The position numbers and the translations under genes are program-made. DNA of 64,000 nucleotides, taken from contig OY761556.1 in the NCBI GenBank assembly GCA_963664705.1, positions 6,176,001 through 6,240,000 of the forward strand, given 5' to 3'. The stretch is from Acidobacteriota bacterium (GTDB lineage Bacteria; Acidobacteriota; UBA6911). Positions 41,039 through 50,676 of this stretch are shown here, piece after piece. Each line of letters opens with the position of its first letter. Positions within the stretch are counted from its first letter, which is position 1. The notes beneath the pieces are model-generated. The model searched no databases and was not told the origin of the DNA. It was given only the letters and a program-made list of their open reading frames with translations.

Positions 41039-42244
41039 TCACCTGGCTGCGAATTCCAGCGCTATTCTTTTCCAGATTGTACGGATTCCGCGCAGCGGAA
41101 ATTCCCACCAGTGGTCAATACCCCAGATCCATTGCATATATCGGGGAAAACCCAGAAAGGCGGGCCGGAAGCGGCGGCGGAAGGCGGATCGTTTGTACAG
41201 GCCATAGCGAACCCGAAACAGGTCGCGCGTAGTCAGGTTGGAGACTCCTCGCGTACGGACCTTGATCCAGTCGCGCTCCATCGATGCAACCGGAAGGCTC
41301 CGGAGCTGCTTCAATACGAGACCGGGAATCGGGGCGTCGACCAGTTCATTCAGATAGGGAAGCATATATTGCAGGACAAGGGTGAGGTTTCTCTTGCGAG
41401 CCTGTGCCAGCAACCGGGCCCAGTCAAAGTCGGGAGTCGTGGCAATCACCGCGGAGGCATCCGCAACCCAGCGCATGGGGGCCACCGCATTCCATTCCAT
41501 TGCGTGGGAGCAGATGTGCAGCAATTGATCCGACGGCGACAAAGCGCGGGACTCTTCGCCACCGCAGATAATTGGAATCGATCCTTCCCACAGATCGACG
41601 TCAGCCTCAGGTCCCAGGCACTCCTGAAATACGTGCCAATGAAGATCCAGCTTGATATCCGTTTCTTCCCGGGCCAGGTTGCAGGCTTTTACCGCGAGCA
41701 GGTATTCCGGAGTGATTTTCTGCGGGCAATCTTTCTCGGGCTTCCATCCTGATTGGATTAAACGCTGAAGTGCCTCAATGGCCTTATTCGTGGGAATCAG
41801 CACGTCGATATCTGCCATTGGCCTCAAGCCGAGGTCTCTGTAATAAAGATGTGCCAGGGCTGCTCCTTTGAGAATCAAGGTGGGGATTCCCATTTCGTGG
41901 AAGGAGCGGAGGACCGCGGAAAGTCGGTGCAGCGCCAGTTGATTCTGATACCAGGCCCTGCGATAGATTCCTTTGAACCGACCAAGCAGATCGGTTTCCA
42001 CTCCGATGCTTTTCAGGTTGCGATAGAGCAGCGGGATCAGCCTGAAGGAACCGTAATCGAGATGATCTATATCCGCCAGGGATCGCCATTTTTCCCAGGC
42101 TTCGATCCCGTGTGGCACAGGCAGGAGAGCTGCGCGCAGCATCCATTGCTGTTCAGGCGTCGGCCATGCGTAGCCGGATTCTCCGTCAATGGCGAAAGGC
42201 GGCGCGCATATCTCAAATGGACGGTTCATTTTTTTTATCTTCAT
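41039..42244 (-). CDS. Nucleotidyltransferase (NTP_transf_5-like)
   Basis: LILKGAALA..YY...LRPMADIDVLI, DLHW, LLHICSH, RWVAD. Confidence 0.85.
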   Translation of the reverse strand: MKIKKMNRPFEICAPPFAIDGESGYAWPTPEQQWMLRAALLPVPHGIEAWEKWRSLADIDHLDYGSFRLIPLLYRNLKSIGVETDLLGRFKGIYRRAWYQNQLALHRLSAVLRSFHEMGIPTLILKGAALAHLYYRDLGLRPMADIDVLIPTNKAIEALQRLIQSGWKPEKDCPQKITPEYLLAVKACNLAREETDIKLDLHWHVFQECLGPEADVDLWEGSIPIICGGEESRALSPSDQLLHICSHAMEWNAVAPMRWVADASAVIATTPDFDWARLLAQARKRNLTLVLQYMLPYLNELVDAPIPGLVLKQLRSLPVASMERDWIKVRTRGVSNLTTRDLFRVRYGLYKRSAFRRRFRPAFLGFPRYMQWIWGIDHWWEFPLRGIRTIWKRIALEFAAR

Positions 42245-42944
42245 TGAAGCGTTGGACGGCTGCCTGCCGACGCCGGTCCAAAGCTGTTTTTACAATGCGT
42301 ACAAAGTCGACCTGCGAAGAACGTTCGACAATTGTCGTGTTGCGTCCATGTACGCGACGCCGATAGACGATTTCCGGCAACATTTGAGCCTGGAGTCCCG
42401 CTTCCATCGATTTGGCAAACCAATCGACAAAATCCCCCACTCGCCAGGTGTCGTCAAAAAGCCCCACTTTGAAAAACGCTTCGCGCCGGATCAGCATGGC
42501 GCTCTTCATATATGCAGGCTGGGGTTTATCCGGGATCAATAGCCGGCCGGCAACCTCCATCGGCATGTCCGGACTCCGAAAAAAGAGGCTGTGCCCAAAG
42601 ACCATATCAATGCCGGGCCGAGACTGTAGAATTGCTGCCTGCTTTTGCAGTTTGTCGGGTTGCCAGATGTCGTCGGCATCAAGGAATGCAAGATAGTTGC
42701 CCTGCGATAACTGGATGCCCCGGTTTTGCGTTGCCGAAATGCCCCTGTGAGGCTGGCAGTCGCAATAAATGGAGCGGCCGAAGGAACCTGCCACCGCTGC
42801 CGTATCATCGGTAGATCCGTCATCCACGACAATCACCTCAAAGGGCGGCAGAGACTGCTGTAGAACACTGTTTATCGCCTCTGACAGGTAGTCGGCAGTA
42901 TTGTAGGCTGGAATGATGACGCTGATCCGCATATCGTCAGGCAT
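42213..42944 (-). CDS. GT2 glycosyltransferase
   Basis: SVIIPAYN, VVDDGSTD, FLDADD. Confidence 0.9.
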   Translation of the reverse strand: MPDDMRISVIIPAYNTADYLSEAINSVLQQSLPPFEVIVVDDGSTDDTAAVAGSFGRSIYCDCQPHRGISATQNRGIQLSQGNYLAFLDADDIWQPDKLQKQAAILQSRPGIDMVFGHSLFFRSPDMPMEVAGRLLIPDKPQPAYMKSAMLIRREAFFKVGLFDDTWRVGDFVDWFAKSMEAGLQAQMLPEIVYRRRVHGRNTTIVERSSQVDFVRIVKTALDRRRQAAVQRFNEDKKNEPSI

Positions 42945-44025
42945 CGGCGAGACTCCCGTGCTGGTTTGGCGATGAGAGGAACGGTTCGCTCAAGATCCGG
43001 CGAATAGTGGCCGGAATCTGGACGAGATCGGTGCCGACGGCAATTTCAAAGCTGGGCACGCGCCGGACCACCGCTGCCAGTCTTTGAAATGCTTCCGCTC
43101 CCGCACCAGCCAGTTGAAAAATTGTGCTTGGCGCCAGGGCCCGCAGGGCCTGGGCCGGCGGGATTGGGTTCAGTCGCGTTTCGCGGGTTCCGGCTACGCG
43201 GGGCAGCAGGATGGCGCGCAGGGGGAAGCCGGCGGACAGCCGTCCCGGATACAGCCGGTGCAGCAAATACAATGTCTTTTCAGCGGGAGTTGCTTCCGGA
43301 CGATGGATGGCCTCTGCCAGCGCGGGTAGCCGATTCCGGCCGTCCGCCGCAAGCTTCGCCGAACAATAAAGGCCGTGGATGTATGCCGGATCAGTCGAGA
43401 GTGCACAGTAGTCATCGGAGACGAAATCGAGACCACCCGTCAGACATGCCAGGGCAGTCGTCGATTTTCCGGAGCCGCCTCTTCCCACCAGAAGGACTCC
43501 GCCATCCCTCGACCCCACAGCTCCGGCATGCACCAGTTGACACCCGCGGGATGCAAGCCACCAGTGCATGACCGGCAGCAGCGGTGCTCCCATTTCGTAA
43601 TAGGGGATGTCGGAAGCCTGGCGAGTCCAGAATACTGCGCGTCGTGTTTCAGCGTCATACATGACCAGGGATCCGGAATCCCCGTTGTAGACAATCTTGA
43701 TCCGGCTTCCGATATGCACTTCGTTTCGTACCGATTCCGTCCACTTCCATGGCGGCGCCGGCAAGGCAACGCCCGTGGATTGGGTGTCCCACAGAAAAAT
43801 GTGACAATCGGCGGACGTGTCTCGTGTTTCCAGATGGTCGAATGCCGGCGCAAGGCAGAATGTCAATGCCGTCCCCGCGAAATCGAGGCGGAATGAATAC
43901 GGACCGGTGCCATAGTATTTCGTACTCCTGGCGGAGACGGCTACCGCTCGTTCAAAACAGGCCAGCGCTTCAGAGAAGTATTCCGGGAGTACGGATTCAT
44001 CGATCGCCTGATTCGATGTTTGCAT
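42937..44025 (-). CDS. HPr-kinase-related kinase
   Basis: VHAGAV, Walker A GRGGSGKST, VSDD. Confidence 0.82.
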   Translation of the reverse strand: MQTSNQAIDESVLPEYFSEALACFERAVAVSARSTKYYGTGPYSFRLDFAGTALTFCLAPAFDHLETRDTSADCHIFLWDTQSTGVALPAPPWKWTESVRNEVHIGSRIKIVYNGDSGSLVMYDAETRRAVFWTRQASDIPYYEMGAPLLPVMHWWLASRGCQLVHAGAVGSRDGGVLLVGRGGSGKSTTALACLTGGLDFVSDDYCALSTDPAYIHGLYCSAKLAADGRNRLPALAEAIHRPEATPAEKTLYLLHRLYPGRLSAGFPLRAILLPRVAGTRETRLNPIPPAQALRALAPSTIFQLAGAGAEAFQRLAAVVRRVPSFEIAVGTDLVQIPATIRRILSEPFLSSPNQHGSLADA

Positions 44026-44034
44026 AACCCCCCG

Positions 44035-44508
44035 TCAGGACTGCTTGGGGTTCGAGTCCGACCCTGCAGCGGAGTTCGGGATGTTGGGCCAGCCGGTTTC
44101 ATCCACTTCGTGAATCGGGTCCACCAGCAAAAGCTCCTGCATGTCCGTATATTTATTCAATACCGGAGCGGTAAACACCCTGCGTGGCTGATGCTCCGAA
44201 TTTCCGGAAGCTTTTTCCTCCGCAGAGACCGCAGGGTCCGGCACGATCAGGTTCTCGGCAATGATGCGTTGAATGAATTCCGCAACCGCCGTTTCAATAT
44301 CCTTCGCGGAGCCGTCGTAGATGCGGGACAGATGTAATAAAATTTCGCCTGCTGTGAATCCACTCTCCAGCATTGACCAGATTTCCGCGCCCAGCGTGTC
44401 AATGCTGTAATAGTTGCCGCTGGCGAGGTTGACGATAACAATCTCATCGTCAAAATTTTCCAGGATGACATCGGGCTTGTTGGTTCGATATCGGTCACTC
44501 TCGTTCAT
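44035..44508 (-). CDS. PqqD/RRE-family protein with a C-terminal leader/core-like extension
   Basis: Three strands (ENFDDEIVIVNLASGNYYSI) and three helices (GAEIWSML...FIQRIIAENLI), linker, then FTAPVLNKYTDMQELLLVDPIHEVDETGWP; ATG 44508 after GGAGG. Confidence 0.85.
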   Translation of the reverse strand: MNESDRYRTNKPDVILENFDDEIVIVNLASGNYYSIDTLGAEIWSMLESGFTAGEILLHLSRIYDGSAKDIETAVAEFIQRIIAENLIVPDPAVSAEEKASGNSEHQPRRVFTAPVLNKYTDMQELLLVDPIHEVDETGWPNIPNSAAGSDSNPKQS

Positions 44509-44745
44509 TAGCCGAAACCCTCCGGGGCTGAATTGTCTCACAGTCCGGATAGGAAATGAGATTATTTTAATAATCACCGAAAGCCGGGAGCTCTGCTGTC
44601 CCGGCTAATGCTGCAGGTGATTTGCCCAGTGAACCTGGAATAGCAGTGAACATCAGCCCTCCGTGCCTGGCGCTTCACTCGGGTCGCCGGACTCAGAACA
44701 AATAGTATGTGGTGTTGGCCGGGACGGCGGCACTCCCGGTGGAGA

Positions 44746-45453
44746 TCAAGTCTTCTCTGTCTGCTGCTTTCTGTGTATTGATGCCCGGATCAGGCGGAAC
44801 ATATCATTCCACAGTGCAAGCGCCTGGTTGGAGTCATTCTTTGCGTGCAGTCTTCGATAGAGCAGAACGTCCCGTAAAACCATCCTTTGAATGCCCAGAT
44901 CCTGCGCTCGAAAGAACCAGTCCGAGTCATTTCCGACCTTGTACGAGGGATCAAAAAGGCCGACCGTACTCAAGGTTGTACGGCGAACCATGAGCGCACT
45001 GGGCAAAAAGGAGGGTGCCGGCTGATGCAGCAGTTCCGGCTTAAGACCGGCCGGAATCGGCGTTCCGCTTTCAAGAATCATCTTCATGTACGAAACCACA
45101 TAGCCGACCTGTGGATTAGTTCGCAAATAGTGGGCCTGGAGACTAAGTTTACCGGGGGCCCACCAGTCGTCTGCATCGAGGAATGCGAGAAACTCGCCGC
45201 GTGACTGTTCTATGCCTGCATTTTTTGCTGCGCCATGCCCCTGGTTGACCTGGTGAAAATAGCGCACGCCGGGCCATTTCCGGGCGATTCGGGCGGTGGA
45301 ATCTGTGGAGCCATCATCCATGACGATGACTTCTATCGGGCGATAATCCTGTTCAAAGACGCTGGCCAGCGCATTGGGGAGAAAATCCTCTCCGTTGTAT
45401 ACGGGAATAATGATGCTGACCAGGTCTCTTTCGTACTCTGCCGTAATCATCAA
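44746..45453 (-). CDS. GT2 glycosyltransferase
   Basis: SIIIPVYN, DDGSTD, FLDADD, DSDW. Confidence 0.9.
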   Translation of the reverse strand: MMITAEYERDLVSIIIPVYNGEDFLPNALASVFEQDYRPIEVIVMDDGSTDSTARIARKWPGVRYFHQVNQGHGAAKNAGIEQSRGEFLAFLDADDWWAPGKLSLQAHYLRTNPQVGYVVSYMKMILESGTPIPAGLKPELLHQPAPSFLPSALMVRRTTLSTVGLFDPSYKVGNDSDWFFRAQDLGIQRMVLRDVLLYRRLHAKNDSNQALALWNDMFRLIRASIHRKQQTEKT

Positions 45454-46250
45454 TGCTTTAGCCTCTCGGGTTCTGCATCGACCGTTTCACAAGCCTCCAG
45501 GCGAGGCAGGGACGAGGCCGCCCCCCCGCCGGCGGCTCTCCGCCTGTCGAGCGACTGCTTCAGCATTTGCACAAGGAAGTGATTGTCCACCTTGCGGTTA
45601 TTCGTCAGATTTCCTTCATGACGACGATAATGCAGCACCAAACCGCGATGGATGTGGATATGGGTTCCGAGTTCGCGGGCGCGCATGAACCAGTCCCAGT
45701 CATCGCAATGCAATAGTTGCGTATTTAGCGGCCCCAATTGGCGAAACAGGGATTTTCGGATCAGGGTGCTCCCATTGCCCATAATCAGCTGCGGGCTCGC
45801 TGGCAACTGGAAAGGCAAATGGTCCGGATCCATCCCCGGATCGGGCCATAGAAGCGCATATCCCATGACCACCTGGATTGTGGGATCTTCTTTAACCGGG
45901 GCCAGTTGCAGCTCGATGGAATTTTCGGGCCAGACGTCATCGGCATCCAGCAGGCTTATCCATTCCGAGGTGGCTTTCGCAATGCCTGAATTGCGTGCTG
46001 CCGGAGCACCCTGGCGTTCCTGCCGGTAATATTGGACTGACGAGCCGAATTGCATGGCGATCCGCGGCGTGCTGTCGGTGGATCCATCATCGACGATGAT
46101 GATTTCGCGCGGACGAATCGTTTGGCGAAGAGCGCTGGAAATCGCCTCGTGCAGGTACTTCTCCCCGTTGTATACCGGGATGATCACGCTAACGGATTCA
46201 TCGGGCTTGGCATCGGATGGTTTCATGGCTCTCTGTTGTTGCCGGGTCAT
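45450..46250 (-). CDS. GT2 glycosyltransferase
   Basis: SVIIPVYN, DDGSTD, LLDADD, DWDW; start uncertain (46250 or 46226). Confidence 0.88.
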   Translation of the reverse strand: MTRQQQRAMKPSDAKPDESVSVIIPVYNGEKYLHEAISSALRQTIRPREIIIVDDGSTDSTPRIAMQFGSSVQYYRQERQGAPAARNSGIAKATSEWISLLDADDVWPENSIELQLAPVKEDPTIQVVMGYALLWPDPGMDPDHLPFQLPASPQLIMGNGSTLIRKSLFRQLGPLNTQLLHCDDWDWFMRARELGTHIHIHRGLVLHYRRHEGNLTNNRKVDNHFLVQMLKQSLDRRRAAGGGAASSLPRLEACETVDAEPERLKH

Positions 46251-46715
46251 AAGCCTGCAAACCCGCAGCCTGGAGATTTTACAACGAAGGCGCACGAAAA
46301 AATCGGCAAATCCGTGGCAGACTTGCGGTTCCTTTTCGCTCCTGATTTCACGGATTGTGGGGAGATTCTAAGGGCAGGAAACAACCCCGGGTTGCCGGTG
46401 CGTTCAGGTTGCCTAAAAATGTAACGATTTTTGGTGAGATATGCTAGATTATGCGGTCGAGGAAGAAAGCGAATAATTCGTGTTGCCCGGAAATACGGGA
46501 GCGCTCCCGCGGCTGATTCGGCAGTTCTGTCAGATCCGCGAGGAGGACGATGACGCGTACCTCAAAAGCCCTTATCATCGCACAATGAGTGATGATTGAT
46601 TCGCGATACTGAACCGTTCGTGATCAGTATTGGACGTTCTATATTGCAGATGTGGGGGGCACATCAGCGAACCGGTTTGCCGAGCTGTGTTGGGAAAACT
46701 TGGAGAGGACCTCTG

Positions 46716-47747
46716 ATGACTTATTATCTTGCGACCAAAGAAAGCATCGTCAATTGGATTAAGGGATTGTCTTCCGACAACCGGACCTACTTCCCGCAAA
46801 GGCACGGGGAAAAGAGCTACCGGTTTGCCCAAGTCCAATCCAATTCCGATATACAGTTTGAGCAATACACTCCAACTGTTGTGCCTCCGGTAAAATTTCT
46901 TGTCCCGGCAAGGGACGAGCTCCTGCAGTTCAAGAAAGGTGCGGACGGCAAAAGCGAGGTGAATGCCTCATTGGATACCTCCTTCCGGATTCTGGCAGGC
47001 GTACGGCCCTGCGATCTCAAGGGGATCCAGCTCATGGACCTCTTCTTCAAAGACGGCGTGCCTGATGCGTATTACCTCGCCCGTCGGGAGAATACGGCCA
47101 TCATCGGATACTCATGCTCGGCCGCCTGCGACGAGCGCGCATTCTGCGGAGCGGTTGAATCGCTCGACTACAGCGAAGGCGCGGATGTCTTTGTTACTTC
47201 CCAGGCGGGCGGCGACCTCCTGGTGGAAGTGAAAACGGATCTTGGGAAAAAGCTGGCCTCCGGGGCGGGATGGAAAGCGTGCGACAGCGCGCCGGCTCCA
47301 AAGAAGAACGCCCAGCCGTTCGGCCGCACATTTGCTGCGAGCGTGCCCGAGATTACCGGCATTATCGATAAAAACACGAACAGCCCGATTTGGGAAAAGC
47401 ATGTGACCCGCTGTTTCTCCTGCGGTACCTGCAACCTGGTTTGCCCCACGTGCTATTGCTTCGACGTCGCCGACGATCTGAACTTGGACGTAACAACAGG
47501 GAATCGCACAAGAACCTGGGACGGCTGTATGCTTCCGTCATTTGCCGTGGTAACCGGAGGGCATAATTTCCGTCCGGAAGCCGCCGCGCGGCAGCGTCAC
47601 CGAGTCAGCCGCAAGTTCGATTATTTGACCAAGAAATATGGACGCGGCTCGGTTTGCGTGGGATGCGGGCGGTGTGGCCGCCAGTGCACGTCCCACATAG
47701 ACATTTACGATATCGTGTCAGACCTGATCAAAGAAGGAGGCCGATAA
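46716..47747 (+). CDS. hydB: Group 3b [NiFe] hydrogenase beta (Fe-S) subunit
   Basis: GVRPCD, CFSCGTCNLVCPTCYCF, CVGCGRCGRQC. Confidence 0.88.
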   Translation: MTYYLATKESIVNWIKGLSSDNRTYFPQRHGEKSYRFAQVQSNSDIQFEQYTPTVVPPVKFLVPARDELLQFKKGADGKSEVNASLDTSFRILAGVRPCDLKGIQLMDLFFKDGVPDAYYLARRENTAIIGYSCSAACDERAFCGAVESLDYSEGADVFVTSQAGGDLLVEVKTDLGKKLASGAGWKACDSAPAPKKNAQPFGRTFAASVPEITGIIDKNTNSPIWEKHVTRCFSCGTCNLVCPTCYCFDVADDLNLDVTTGNRTRTWDGCMLPSFAVVTGGHNFRPEAAARQRHRVSRKFDYLTKKYGRGSVCVGCGRCGRQCTSHIDIYDIVSDLIKEGGR

Positions 47748-48595
47748 TGAGTACCGTTGCATCCTCATATGCGGAACTAGCCAAGGACAGTTTCCTGCCG
47801 CAGCGGGGCAAGATCGTCGAAATCATCGACATGACCGCAAAAGACAGGTATTTCCGCCTTGAGCTGGAAAAGCCGCTGGGCCACCGTCCGGGTCAGTTTG
47901 TCATGGTTTCAATCCTGGGAGTCGGCGAAGCTCCGATATCCGTCAGTTGCGGGCCCCGAAACGATAACGTGCTGGAAATGGTGATCCGCCGCCTGGGTCG
48001 GCTGACCGAGGTGATTCATGCGCTGAAAGTAGGGGACGAGATGGGAATTCGCGGCCCCTTCGGTTCCGGATTCGATCTCAACGACTTCTACGGAAAAGAT
48101 GTCCTGTTCGTTGCCGGCGGCCTCGGTCTGGTGCCGCTTCGATCCCTGATCACGCCCGTCGTGGCTGAAGCCAAGCGTTGCGGTACGATTACCCTGATTT
48201 CCGGATGCCGGAATCCCGCGGAAGAACTCTATCGGGATCAGCTCAAGGCATGGACGGATGCCGGCGTCAACGTGATCCGGCTCGTGGATGGCACTGAAAA
48301 CATGCCGTGGGAGTTTGGCGTAGGCCTTGTTACGGAACCGATTCCGAAACTGAAACTTGATCCGAAAAATACCGTTGCCGCCCTGTGCGGGCCGCCTGTC
48401 ATGTACAAATTCGTCATTGCCGCGCTGTTGAGCAAGAACCTGCCTCAGGATTGCATCTTCGTCGATCTTGAACGGCGTATGAAATGCGGCGTTGGCAAAT
48501 GTGGGCACTGCCAGATCAACCATGTATATTGCTGTCAGGAGGGACCGGTCTTTCGGTTTTCCAGTCTGGCAGGATTGCCGGAGGCGCTTCGATGA
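47747..48595 (+). CDS. hydG: Group 3b hydrogenase gamma (FAD/NAD(P), 2Fe-2S) subunit
   Basis: PGQF, GEAPIS, RGPFG, AGGLGLVPLR, CGPPVM, ERRMKCGVGKCGHC..C. Confidence 0.9.
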   Translation: MSTVASSYAELAKDSFLPQRGKIVEIIDMTAKDRYFRLELEKPLGHRPGQFVMVSILGVGEAPISVSCGPRNDNVLEMVIRRLGRLTEVIHALKVGDEMGIRGPFGSGFDLNDFYGKDVLFVAGGLGLVPLRSLITPVVAEAKRCGTITLISGCRNPAEELYRDQLKAWTDAGVNVIRLVDGTENMPWEFGVGLVTEPIPKLKLDPKNTVAALCGPPVMYKFVIAALLSKNLPQDCIFVDLERRMKCGVGKCGHCQINHVYCCQEGPVFRFSSLAGLPEALR

Positions 48596-49368
48596 AACCC
48601 AAGGTAGCATTTTTCGATTTCGCCAGTTGCGAAGGATGCCAGCTGGCCATTCTGAATTGCGAGGAGATCCTCCTCGACATACTCGGCCTCATTGACCTGG
48701 TGGAATTCCGCGAGGCTATCTCTGAAACCGCACCGAAGTACGACATCGCCTTCGTGGAAGGAAGTATTCATCGCGACGAGGATATCGAAAGAATCCAGAA
48801 TCTGCGGTCCCGAACCCGCTACCTTGTAGCGCTGGGCGCGTGCGCGTGCAATGGAAATGTGCAGGCGCGCTCCAATTTTGTGGCTCCCGCCGTGAATTAC
48901 GAAGCGATCTACGGCGAAAAAGCCCGCAACCTGGTTCAGGTCGATCCGGACTACTGGCAGTTGTGGGCCCATACCCGTGTGCGGCCGCTGGACAAGATCG
49001 TCAAAGTGGATGCATATCTGCGCGGCTGCCCCGTGGTGCCGGAGGAATTTCTCCACCTCGTGAAATCGCTCCTTCAGGGAACCATGCCGACAGTGACCGC
49101 GAATGCGGTTTGCGTGGATTGCAAGAAGAACGAGAACGAGTGCGTGTATGAACGGGGCAAAACCTGCATGGGACCCGTGACATGGGGCGGTTGCAACAGC
49201 ATCTGCGTCAATCAGGGATATGTCTGCGACGGCTGTCGCGGATCTCTCCCACACGCCAATGTGGAAGCCCATATCGCACTGATGCGGGAACACAACATCG
49301 ACGACAAAGATATCCGAAGCCGATACCGGCTTTTCCTGGGTGCCGAACCTATTGGTAGGGGAGTCTGA
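48592..49368 (+). CDS. hydD: Group 3b hydrogenase delta (small) subunit
   Basis: SCEGCQ, VEGS, LGACA, GCP, VCVDC, CMGPVT.GGC, CDGCRG. Confidence 0.9.
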   Translation: MKPKVAFFDFASCEGCQLAILNCEEILLDILGLIDLVEFREAISETAPKYDIAFVEGSIHRDEDIERIQNLRSRTRYLVALGACACNGNVQARSNFVAPAVNYEAIYGEKARNLVQVDPDYWQLWAHTRVRPLDKIVKVDAYLRGCPVVPEEFLHLVKSLLQGTMPTVTANAVCVDCKKNENECVYERGKTCMGPVTWGGCNSICVNQGYVCDGCRGSLPHANVEAHIALMREHNIDDKDIRSRYRLFLGAEPIGRGV

Positions 49369-49371
49369 AAA

Positions 49372-50676
49372 ATGGATTTGAAAGCCAAAACATATACGAT
49401 TGATGTCAAGCACGTTACCCGTGTCGAGGGGCATGGACGCATTGTAGTCAATACAAAGGAAGGCGCCGTCCAGGAAGTGAAGCTTGTAATCACTGAAGCC
49501 AACCGCTTCTTCGAGAACTTCGTAAAGGGGATGCAGCCGGCGGAGGTGCCCTGGATCGTCAGCCGGATCTGCGGCATTTGCTGCGTGGGTCATCAGTTGA
49601 CCGCGACAAAGGCCGTGGAAGCCGCCCTGGGCATTCAGATCAGCCCGCAGACCGCCCTGCTTCGCAAACTTCTCACGGAGTCCCAGTTTCTGCAGAGCCA
49701 TGTACTGCATGTTTACTTCCTGGCTGTCCCGGACTTCCTGGGCGTGAAAAGCGTTCTGCCGCTGGCAAAGACGCACCCGGAGGTCGTGACGCGTGCGCTC
49801 CGGCTCAAAAAGCTGGCCAATGACTATACAACCATGTTTGGCGGACGCACGCTGCATCCGATGGCCAACACGCTCAAAGGTTTCCGCAAGCTCCCGGACC
49901 TGGACGCGGTTGCCGCCCTCAGGAAACGGCTGCTGGACGCGATTCCGGATATCGAGGAAACCGTGCGTGTCGCCAAGACTCTCCAGATTCCTCCATATGA
50001 ACGCGAAACCGAATACGTATCATTGAAGCATCCGGATGAATATGCGCTGTACGATGGCGACATCTACAGTTCCGACACGAAGTCTGCGGTGCCGGTGGAC
50101 AAATACCGGGAAGTCACCAACGAATTCACGGTCGCGCATTCGACCACCAAGTGGTCAAAATGGCATCGGGATTCCTATTTTGCCGGTGCGCTGGCTCGTG
50201 TGAATAACAACTTCGACCAGTTGATGCCCCAGGCCCAGCAGGTCGCCCATGATCTCGGATTGAAAGTGCCTTCCTACAATCCGTACATGAACAATGTGGC
50301 CCAGGTTGTGGAAGTTGTGCACTGCGCCTACAACAGCGTCCGCATGTTGGACGAACTGCTGGGCGGCGGGATCAAGCAGGAAGATATTTCCTTCCCGGTC
50401 AAAGCCGGCCGCGGCGTGGGTTCCTGCGAAGTTCCACGCGGGATCCTGTTCCACGAATATGCCTTTGACGCGGATGGCCGTTGCATCGATGCCAACGCCA
50501 TCATTCCGACAAGCCAGAATATCAACAATGTCGAGCAGGATATGAAGGCGTTTGTGCCTCAGATGCTGCCGAGCATGTCCAAAGAGGAGCTCACGCTTCA
50601 CATGGAGATGCTGCTGCGGGCGTACGATCCGTGCATTTCCTGCTCGGTTCACATGCTGGATGTTGATTTTGTCTGA
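49372..50676 (+). CDS. hydA: Group 3b [NiFe] hydrogenase large (alpha) subunit
   Basis: TRVEGHG, L1 RICGIC, EVPRG, L2 YDPCISCSVH plus a short cleavable tail. Confidence 0.95.
   Translation: MDLKAKTYTIDVKHVTRVEGHGRIVVNTKEGAVQEVKLVITEANRFFENFVKGMQPAEVPWIVSRICGICCVGHQLTATKAVEAALGIQISPQTALLRKLLTESQFLQSHVLHVYFLAVPDFLGVKSVLPLAKTHPEVVTRALRLKKLANDYTTMFGGRTLHPMANTLKGFRKLPDLDAVAALRKRLLDAIPDIEETVRVAKTLQIPPYERETEYVSLKHPDEYALYDGDIYSSDTKSAVPVDKYREVTNEFTVAHSTTKWSKWHRDSYFAGALARVNNNFDQLMPQAQQVAHDLGLKVPSYNPYMNNVAQVVEVVHCAYNSVRMLDELLGGGIKQEDISFPVKAGRGVGSCEVPRGILFHEYAFDADGRCIDANAIIPTSQNINNVEQDMKAFVPQMLPSMSKEELTLHMEMLLRAYDPCISCSVHMLDVDFV

Noticed and set aside
41039-46250. Canonical lasso peptide cluster
   Set aside because: No asparagine-synthetase-like cyclase or B2 leader peptidase in the window.
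46296-46715. Sigma-54 promoter or metal riboswitch upstream of the hydrogenase
   Set aside because: The TGG...TTGCA candidate has 12 nt between GG and GC rather than 10, and the short inverted repeats match no riboswitch I can recognise.
49372-50676. [NiFeSe] hydrogenase, given the selenoprotein nearby
   Set aside because: The L2 motif is DPCISC with TGC codons; there is no in-frame TGA.
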